From the NCBI RefSeq assembly GCF_001306055.1, contig NZ_LGHJ01000028.1, positions 1-32,000 on the forward strand: 32,000 nucleotides of DNA. The letters run 5' to 3'. The DNA is from Bellilinea caldifistulae. GTDB lineage: Bacteria > Chloroflexota > Anaerolineae > Anaerolineales > Anaerolineaceae. Below, in pieces: positions 24,010 through 30,926 of this stretch (within the stretch, counting starts at the first letter, position 1; every line of letters begins with the position of its first letter). The position numbers and the translations under genes were made by a program. The notes below the pieces were generated by a model, which saw nothing but the letters and a program-made list of their open reading frames with translations, did no database searches and was not told the origin of the DNA.

Positions 24010-27000
24010 TTACCAGTCAATCTCAATGCGTACTTTGGTGAGATCCTTATCGCCGATTTTCTTATCCAACAAAGTTTTCAACCGTTGGTAGAGTTCTTCG
24101 ATGGTGCAGGGCATTCCCGGCTGGGTAAGAGCAATCAAGAAGTCGCTGCCTTCCAGCACCACTTTATCCAAACCGCGTAGCGCGTCGTTGATAGCCTCAA
24201 CGAGATTCCTGGATACCGGAGAAGTAAACTCGCCCTTTTCCACGAACTCCTTGATCTGCTCGCGGTAGGGCGATTTGAGCAAAGTGATATTTTCGGCAAC
24301 TTCGGGTTTTTGTAATTCCTCACGCAGCCGGGCAATCCACTTGCTGTGCACCAGGTTCAGGTTTTCTTCTAATTTCTCCAGTCGCTCCACAGCAGAGAAG
24401 GAGAACATTTCACTGCGCGGGTCAAAGCCACAGTGAGGGCATTCGGTGTATTTGGATAAATCCTCAAGCGTAAGGTTCGGACAGGAACGCAATTCCGAAA
24501 ATTCTTTTTGCAAGCGAGTCAGTTCACTGTTGGGCAGGATAATCACCTCTTGTAAGGTAAGCAAATGGCGCCAGTGCGGGTTTTGGGTCAACTTCTGCTT
24601 TCGCTCATCGCCCAAACGGTCGAGCCGCGCTCTGGCATGTAGATTAAGATATGCCTGCGCATAAGACGACCGCAGATTGCTCAGTCCGCCATTCAGACGG
24701 GAATACAGCGAAGGGTCGGCGCGTTGTTGAGGATTTCTTAACCAGGTAAGATGCTCATTCCTCAAGCGCTGAGCCTCGAGATGCCATGGATGATGCTCAG
24801 GAAGATGCAAATCAGCCCGTGTTATGTACTGGAGATGAGATTGTACCGATTGAAGGACATCCCGGAGCATGATAAGAACTTTGAGAGTGTCTCGTCCCTT
24901 CAGTTGTGCTTGCACTTCCCCAACTTCGAGAGAAAACTGCTGCAAACGCCCGGGGGTATTCAAGCGTTGAATCATCTCCAGCAAATTTTTATAGTTATCC
25001 AACGACTTACGATAAGATTGAATTTCATCTGAAGATAGAACAGGCTCTCCCCAATACTGTAAGCCATCCCGCAGTCCATCCATCACCATCACTAGGCGTT
25101 GAAGTTCTTCATTAGCGAACTGATTCAGTTCTTGGACCATGCGTTCATGCTGTTCGGAGTAATCTACCCATTCTGGAGGGAACCCCAGTCCTTGCAAGAG
25201 CGCTTTCAGCGCTTTTTCGGGTATCGGCTTTGGCCGAGAAATAGCAGAAAACTGCATGAAATCTTCAATTTTCAGACGCGCTACTTCATTAAGATCATCT
25301 GAAGTGAATGTTTTTCCCATCCAGTTAATAGTGATGGCGCCTTGACGGAGAAGCGCCGCTAGAACAACCATCAACAGTTCCGGCTCAAGGCCAAACTGAA
25401 CTTCACGCTCTTCATGACGTGGGTCAGGCGGGGCTATTAAGTCCTTGCGGTTGAGTACCTGAGCGGGAGGAAGTGTATCCAATTTATTGAGCACTGCCCG
25501 GGCGTAACGAGATTCCAGAACAGTGAAGACTGGTTTATTATTCTCTTTTCGAAGTAAATCAAGTCCTTCCAGAATACTCTGGGCTTGGATATTCATCGAG
25601 CCACCTGTCATTGCGCGAATTGCCCATTCCGCGGCTTCCGGTAAGGACTTCAAGGTAAGTTGCATGCCGACAAAGGATGGGTATTCGGGGTACTTTTGGT
25701 CAAAAACAGGCTGGAGGATGGCGGAAGCAAGTTGATAGATCTGATCGCGCAAATTGATTTCCTGGCGGAAAAGACGATACTCGCCCTTGTAATCAGCCAC
25801 CCGGCGAGAAACCGCCCCGTATCGAATGGAAAAAGCCTTGTCGAAGTATTCCCGAATCCAGCGGGAAAGGTCTCTCAGATGGTTTTCTGCTTTTTTTTCA
25901 TACTGCATCTTATTACTTCCGGAAGAAATTGTCGACATTTCGCGTGCGCCAGCATATAACCTGAGCGAGCGCAGAAAATCTTCCTGAGGGGACTCAAGTA
26001 CAAAGAAAATTTCATCCGAACGGGGCTGGTCATTTTTTCCGTTAGTTTTGAATAGGTGCAAGAAGTGAATATAAAAGTCGCGCTCCGGGTGGGTGGTGGA
26101 GAGTTCATCGCGCGTACCCAGGAAAATATAACCATCCCGGGTAATTCCATGACCTTGCCAAGGGATCTCAACCTGCCAGATGCGAAAACCGGTCCGGTAG
26201 GTGCTATCGCTTAATTCCAGAAGGCGCCTTAAGGCATCGAAGTAGTAGCGGTCAAGAGTATCCGGATCCAATACAGCGGCACGTTGCTCGATTTGAGCAT
26301 CAAAATCAATGTCTTTATCTAAATCAAGATAATACTGATCGTTTTCCGGATTACGGGAGAGAAATTGCCCGCTAACTGTTCGGGAAATTTCCTGCAGAAC
26401 ATTTTCCACACTGGTCAGTAGGAAAGTTGCATCGGTTTCAGGAATAGGCAGATACAGACACAGACGATCGCGCAGTTCTCTGGGGGTCAATCCAATCGGC
26501 ACACGCAGGTCGCCGGTAGTGAGGCGATGAAGCGAAAGACTGTGGATGATCCGAATAGCGGCATCTCGGTAAATGGGAGAAAGGGCATTACGCACCCGCT
26601 CTTCCAGCACCTGGCTCTTGTCCATCACCTCCCGAATTTCTGGGATTGCTCTGTAAGAAGGGTCTTCGAGAATCAAACGCCAGAATGCATCAAACGAAAT
26701 CAGCCCAGGGCGGTCTTCTGGGACTTCCTGTTGAAGTATTTGACGTATTTCGTGACTGACTGCCTTGAGGGCTTGCCGTTTTTCAATAACTGTCACTCGC
26801 TCGAACATTTCCAAGTATGCCGGGTGAATGGGGAACAACGCAACAAAGTCTTCTAAACGCTCTGCCATTGAGTCGTACAGGGGGGTGAACTTTTGTAAGT
26901 AAGTTCGAATCTGTTGGCGTTGTTTCTCATACTTCGCAAGTAAACGGCGAGAGACGACAAAAGCCACATCTTCGCGGACAATGCGGACTTGTTGATACCG

Positions 27001-27717
27001 ATCACGCACCCGGCGGATTGAATCTGCGGCAAATTGGAAGCGTGGGCTGTCAAACAATGATTCCTGTAACCCGGCTATGAAGCGCAAGTCGGTCGTAGAG
27101 CAAATCTCACCGATTTCTCGAAGAAACGAAAGATCATGGATCAACTCACGTTCATTTCGTCCTTGCAAGTAGTCCAGTAATTCATCAATAACAATCAATA
27201 GGCCCTGTCTGGGGTATTTTGCTTGAAAAGCGTGGATAGCGTTTTGGAGCAAATCTTTGGTGTTGGGAACCTGATTCATGGGCGGGAAATGCACTTCAAC
27301 CCCCATTCGGGCTAGCCCTTCTTGCAAGTATTGGAGGACAATATCCCGCAAAGTCATCGCAGAATTGCCGATTTCCTGGCGGATCACACTGAAGCGACCT
27401 GCAATAGGCTGAAGGCCTTGCTGGACAGCAGGATGAGTGACCTCACTAAGTAATTCGGCATGTTCTGCAATAGCAGAAATAAGCGCCATTAAGTGCGATT
27501 TACCGGTGCCATAGTATCCCACAATGAATAAACCACCGTTATCTTCACTCCGTTCAAGGCTGATAGTAGGCAGGATGCGGAGCAGGATGACATCCGCCAT
27601 GCGGTCAGAAATGACATACGTGCGCACAAGTTTTTCGGCAATACGGTGGTCATCTGCCTCACGGACATGGACTACATTTTCGACGGGTTCGAACTGAACT
27701 AGGTCAGAATACTTCAT
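24010..27717 (-). CDS. BrxC/PglY-like large P-loop ATPase (1235 aa from ATG 27717; an alternative ATG at 27729 overlaps the upstream stop)
   Basis: Walker A is FIVGYYGTGKSHLM at about aa 70. Walker B is LLIVIDELLDYL. The N-terminus (MKYSDLVQFEPVENVVHV...) and the long helical remainder match BREX ATPase architecture. The C-terminus has CPHCG. GAGG lies 6 nt before ATG 27717. Confidence 0.9.
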   Translation of the reverse strand: MKYSDLVQFEPVENVVHVREADDHRIAEKLVRTYVISDRMADVILLRILPTISLERSEDNGGLFIVGYYGTGKSHLMALISAIAEHAELLSEVTHPAVQQGLQPIAGRFSVIRQEIGNSAMTLRDIVLQYLQEGLARMGVEVHFPPMNQVPNTKDLLQNAIHAFQAKYPRQGLLIVIDELLDYLQGRNERELIHDLSFLREIGEICSTTDLRFIAGLQESLFDSPRFQFAADSIRRVRDRYQQVRIVREDVAFVVSRRLLAKYEKQRQQIRTYLQKFTPLYDSMAERLEDFVALFPIHPAYLEMFERVTVIEKRQALKAVSHEIRQILQQEVPEDRPGLISFDAFWRLILEDPSYRAIPEIREVMDKSQVLEERVRNALSPIYRDAAIRIIHSLSLHRLTTGDLRVPIGLTPRELRDRLCLYLPIPETDATFLLTSVENVLQEISRTVSGQFLSRNPENDQYYLDLDKDIDFDAQIEQRAAVLDPDTLDRYYFDALRRLLELSDSTYRTGFRIWQVEIPWQGHGITRDGYIFLGTRDELSTTHPERDFYIHFLHLFKTNGKNDQPRSDEIFFVLESPQEDFLRSLRLYAGAREMSTISSGSNKMQYEKKAENHLRDLSRWIREYFDKAFSIRYGAVSRRVADYKGEYRLFRQEINLRDQIYQLASAILQPVFDQKYPEYPSFVGMQLTLKSLPEAAEWAIRAMTGGSMNIQAQSILEGLDLLRKENNKPVFTVLESRYARAVLNKLDTLPPAQVLNRKDLIAPPDPRHEEREVQFGLEPELLMVVLAALLRQGAITINWMGKTFTSDDLNEVARLKIEDFMQFSAISRPKPIPEKALKALLQGLGFPPEWVDYSEQHERMVQELNQFANEELQRLVMVMDGLRDGLQYWGEPVLSSDEIQSYRKSLDNYKNLLEMIQRLNTPGRLQQFSLEVGEVQAQLKGRDTLKVLIMLRDVLQSVQSHLQYITRADLHLPEHHPWHLEAQRLRNEHLTWLRNPQQRADPSLYSRLNGGLSNLRSSYAQAYLNLHARARLDRLGDERKQKLTQNPHWRHLLTLQEVIILPNSELTRLQKEFSELRSCPNLTLEDLSKYTECPHCGFDPRSEMFSFSAVERLEKLEENLNLVHSKWIARLREELQKPEVAENITLLKSPYREQIKEFVEKGEFTSPVSRNLVEAINDALRGLDKVVLEGSDFLIALTQPGMPCTIEELYQRLKTLLDKKIGDKDLTKVRIEIDW

Positions 27718-27725
27718 GATAAACC

Positions 27726-29420
27726 TCATTTTGTAGATGGTAGTATTTTTTCAAGTAGGCTTTTTGAGCGTTCATGAGCAACAATAATCAGATAGGTTCG
27801 AGCGCGTGAACAGGCAACGTATAGAATCTCATTGATCCAATATGCATCACTGTCTTCAAGCCCGGTCAAAATAACGACCCGATTTTCCAAACCCTTGAAA
27901 CGCGAAGTACTGCTGACGCGAATATCAATGTGACGAGAGGTTTTATCACTCCACTCCCGAAGGATGAAATTTCCCAACTTCCTCCCAGGATTGAATATGG
28001 TATGTTCTGGTGCCCGCGTGGTCAGCAATGTGATATGTCTTGGCTCTACCTTTTCGGTATTTACCAGACGATCTAAAGATTTTCTAACAATTTCTTCTTG
28101 TTGGGCCGAATTAGAGAAGAAATACACTTCGGGAGAGAGACCTACTGGACCATAACACACAAGTTCGTTTGAAGCAGTATGAAATTCTTTAACCACATTA
28201 TGGATAGACTGGGTATTCCGGCAGTTCTCATTCAAAATAAACGGGGGGATCTTCAACCAATTATCCAGATCTTTGAGACGATGATAGATATTCTGATTAT
28301 TATCATAGAAGACATAGAAGATACCCTTCTCACCGTCATGAAGAGCCATCATTAGAGTTTTAAGCCATTCTATATGAAAGTCTTGTCCTTCATCTACAAT
28401 AATGGCATCATATTGAGTTCCTAAATTCTCTAAAGCCTCCAAAAGCATTTCGGGTAAGACATTATTATAGTAATCCTCATCATTTAGAAAAGAACGATAA
28501 CCCAATCCAGCATCCTTCGCCAATTTTGTGCATAGTCCATGAAAATGAAATACATCAACTTCTTGTGGCGCAACTTCTCGTAAGTATTCAGCTAGAGGTA
28601 CATTAAAACAGACCAGTAACGTTGCAAAGCCCTGTTCTGATAATTGGCGTGCTTTTTCCAAAGCCAGCATGGTTTTTCCAGAGCCTGCACATCCTTCGAT
28701 GAGTGCACGTCGTTGCCGTTGGATGAATTGCAACAGAGCCATTTGTTGTTCGGTTAATTCAATAATTTTTTGCTCCTCATATTCAAGTTGTACGCCCATT
28801 GGGGTACTCAGCGTAATAGAATTTGCAAGAAAAGACTCAAGAATCTCAATCCCTTGTTTTCCCAACGCGCCGAATTTATTTCCATCTCTATGGAACCAGT
28901 CAAAAGTCTGTTCAATTTTATCTAACAGGTTTCTTAGATCCACCGCATCTATTATCAGTTCACGTGACAGGTCCGGACGTATGAGAATTTTTTCGGCGAT
29001 TACATCTGGAAATACAACCGAATAAGCAATATTGATATAACGATTTCCCCAAGAGGGTAATTCTCTTAACTTGGAAATCATAGCCCCCTTGCTTCTTCGG
29101 AGTTGATTTACAGGGTCTTTGATAGGATGCTCTTGTCCATAACGATCTTTGCTATACCATTGCTGAAGATTGGCATCATAATGGATCTGTCCCCCTTTTA
29201 CTTCTAAAATCAAAATACCTTTATTGGGGTGGGCAATAATAAAATCTGCTTCTCCGTCTTCTACACCTTGTTGAAGACTACGTATTTGCCAGGCCACGTG
29301 GTAGAACACGGTGTAATTATCGGGTAAGGTGGATAAGGCCGCGTAAACCTTCTTTTCTGCCGATAGCTTTTCATCTTTCAGTGCCCATTCAGGGAAGTGC
29401 TGAGGGTACATTCTTGCCAT
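27726..29420 (-). CDS. NERD nuclease-related domain fused to a UvrD/RecD-like SF1 helicase (564 aa from ATG 29420; start uncertain, ORF open to 29507)
   Basis: NERD block GEADFIIAHPNKGILILEVKGG. SF1 motifs GCAGSGKT, AIIVDEGQDF and YVACSRARTYLIIV. Confidence 0.9.
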   Translation of the reverse strand: MARMYPQHFPEWALKDEKLSAEKKVYAALSTLPDNYTVFYHVAWQIRSLQQGVEDGEADFIIAHPNKGILILEVKGGQIHYDANLQQWYSKDRYGQEHPIKDPVNQLRRSKGAMISKLRELPSWGNRYINIAYSVVFPDVIAEKILIRPDLSRELIIDAVDLRNLLDKIEQTFDWFHRDGNKFGALGKQGIEILESFLANSITLSTPMGVQLEYEEQKIIELTEQQMALLQFIQRQRRALIEGCAGSGKTMLALEKARQLSEQGFATLLVCFNVPLAEYLREVAPQEVDVFHFHGLCTKLAKDAGLGYRSFLNDEDYYNNVLPEMLLEALENLGTQYDAIIVDEGQDFHIEWLKTLMMALHDGEKGIFYVFYDNNQNIYHRLKDLDNWLKIPPFILNENCRNTQSIHNVVKEFHTASNELVCYGPVGLSPEVYFFSNSAQQEEIVRKSLDRLVNTEKVEPRHITLLTTRAPEHTIFNPGRKLGNFILREWSDKTSRHIDIRVSSTSRFKGLENRVVILTGLEDSDAYWINEILYVACSRARTYLIIVAHERSKSLLEKILPSTK

Positions 29421-29497
29421 AAATAACCTGCGAGTCAAGGAATAGATTTTTGGAATAAGAATTTCGCTCAGGAAAGACTGTATAGGCCAAAAACTCA

Positions 29498-29613
29498 GCC
29501 CGCGCATTTCGGTTCGCTTGCGCGGGCGGCAAAAGTTTGCTATGCTTGTTTTTGCCGCAACGCGCCTTCACCGCGTTGCCGTCTCAGCCTCGCCGATACC
29601 AGCGGTGGGGCTG
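29498..29613 (-). promoter_or_regulatory. GC-rich array of four consecutive hairpins; candidate structured 5' leader of the defence operon, or a REP/MITE-like insert
   Basis: GCCCGCGCA...TGCGCGGGC (29498-29527). GCGGCAAAA...TTTTGCCGC (29526-29558). CAACGCG...CGCGTTG (29558-29578). CAGCCTC...GGGGCTG (29585-29613). Confidence 0.4.
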
Positions 29614-29630
29614 AATTTGTCTTTCTAGAT

Positions 29631-29658
29631 AGTATATAGCAAAAGTTTATGCTTTCAA
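29631..29658 (-). promoter_or_regulatory. candidate sigma70-type promoter for the defence operon
   Basis: On the minus strand: TTGAAA (29658-29653), a 16-nt spacer, then TATACT (29636-29631). Confidence 0.35.
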
Positions 29659-29720
29659 AGCCGTTTTGAGGTGGCAGAATCGGAATACCAAAAAATTACC
29701 ACCAATTAACGGAGGACGCC

Positions 29721-30593
29721 ATGTTGTTTAGCACTGCAGTCAAACAATTTATCGAAGAACGGATTGCGATGCGATATTCACCGCATACCATCCGGGATTA
29801 TGGGGTCATCTATAAAAAATTTCTTGCTTGTGTGGGAGATGTGGATATTCGTACAATCAACAAACAAAACATCGTCCAGTTCATGGCTTCTCAATCGAAA
29901 ATATCGGCAAAAACCCTGCGCAACTATCATGCCGACCTGTCAGCGTTATGGCAATGGGCTATCCAGCAAGGTATTTGTGATGAGAACCCGGTTCGCCAGA
30001 TCAAAGCGCCAGTAGCGGAAAAGAAAACAATCTTACCTTTTTCCAAAATTGAGATATTTACAATTTTAGAGGCAGCAAACCACTCTTCCAATCCCTTCCA
30101 AAATCGAGCCATAATATTGCTGTTACTGGATACCGGAATACGGGCATCTGAATTATGCAACTTGACAATAAATGACCTAAACAAAGCGACAAATCATATT
30201 TTGGTCTTTGGAAAGGGAAAGAAAGAGAGAAACATTCCGATCTCAAAAAATACTTCCAACGCGATTGAGGAATGCCTCTGGTACAGAAAATATACAACCG
30301 CTAATTCGCCACTATTCGCTAAAACCAATGGCAAACCTCTCGACCGAGTTTTACTAGGACGAATTCTAACAAGATTAGGAATGGACGCGGGGGTAAGTCA
30401 TGTTTTTCCACATCGGTTCAGACACACATTTGCGATTCAATTTCTGAGAAACGGGGGAAATATATATTCACTTCAAAAGATTTTGGGACATTCAACTCTG
30501 GATATGGTGAAGAGATATTTGGCAATTGCCCAACACGATCTTGATCGTGACCATGAGATCGCCTCACCGGTAAATCATTGGGGCTTAAGATAA
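29721..30593 (+). CDS. tyrosine recombinase / phage integrase family (290 aa)
   Basis: GGAGG SD is present. Box I is TGIRASELCNL. Box II is HRFRHTFAIQFLRNGGNIYSLQKILGHSTLDMVKRYL. Confidence 0.9.
   Translation: MLFSTAVKQFIEERIAMRYSPHTIRDYGVIYKKFLACVGDVDIRTINKQNIVQFMASQSKISAKTLRNYHADLSALWQWAIQQGICDENPVRQIKAPVAEKKTILPFSKIEIFTILEAANHSSNPFQNRAIILLLLDTGIRASELCNLTINDLNKATNHILVFGKGKKERNIPISKNTSNAIEECLWYRKYTTANSPLFAKTNGKPLDRVLLGRILTRLGMDAGVSHVFPHRFRHTFAIQFLRNGGNIYSLQKILGHSTLDMVKRYLAIAQHDLDRDHEIASPVNHWGLR
30582..30590. repeat. GGCTTAAGA, right copy of the 9-bp direct repeat (overlaps the last integrase codons)
   Basis: It is identical to 11830-11838 and sits immediately before the integrase TAA stop at 30591-30593. 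Confidence 0.45.
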
Positions 30594-30631
30594 CTCAAAT
30601 TCGAACTCCCGACTCACAGTTCACATCCGTG

Positions 30632-30659
30632 AGGTTCGGGGGTTCGACCCTCTCCGCGC
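30632..30659 (+). repeat. tRNA/tmRNA 3'-end-like segment, copy 1 (AGGTTCGGG-GG-TTCGACCCTCTCCGCGC)
   Basis: It contains GGTTCGA, which resembles a T-loop. It shares 9-nt and 17-nt blocks with 30695-30742. No matching 5' acceptor strand lies upstream. Confidence 0.35.
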
Positions 30660-30666
30660 CCACTCT

Positions 30667-30692
30667 ACACCCCGCGATGGGGTGTTTTTTTT
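30667..30692 (+). terminator. rho-independent terminator
   Basis: ACACCCC (30667-30673), loop GCGAT, GGGGTGT (30679-30685), then T7 (30686-30692). Confidence 0.7.
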
Positions 30693-30694
30693 AC

Positions 30695-30742
30695 AGGTTC
30701 GGGCGTCCCCGCAAGGGGGATGCAATTCGACCCTCTCCGCGC
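30695..30742 (+). repeat. tRNA/tmRNA 3'-end-like segment, copy 2, with a 22-nt insert containing a GNRA hairpin
   Basis: AGGTTCGGG (30695-30703), then CGTCCCCGCAAGGGGGATGCAA, then TTCGACCCTCTCCGCGC (30726-30742). Confidence 0.35.
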
Positions 30743-30926
30743 ACACCTGATACCCCACCACAGGTAGAGAACCAATGGTTTAACTTTCCGTTCTTTCGTC
30801 ACAAGCAACAGGTTAAAAAAGCCTGAATTTTCTTTTCAAACTTGAAAATAATCTTTACAAAGATGTTACGGAGTCCGTGGGAAAGACTTTTTATAATCTT
30901 TTTAAAGGTTGTGTGGAGGTAATGCT

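Larger units (their letters stand above)
11830..30590. mobile_element. AT-rich integrase-associated defence island (~18.8 kb)
   Basis: Composition changes sharply at both ends. A tyrosine recombinase sits at the right end. A 9-bp direct repeat marks both edges. The cargo is a single defence-type operon. Confidence 0.55.

Noticed and set aside
29389-29571. 60-aa minus-strand ORF upstream of the NERD-helicase gene.
   Set aside because: It consists largely of the GC-rich hairpin array, has no SD site, and has a basic low-complexity sequence. It is better explained as a structured leader or repeat.
30590-30760. A complete tRNA or tmRNA gene next to the integrase.
   Set aside because: Only T-loop/acceptor-like 3' fragments are present. 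I could not find a matching 5' acceptor strand, D-arm or anticodon arm on either strand. The ORF 30578-30826 (82 aa) spanning this region was also rejected because it crosses a strong terminator.
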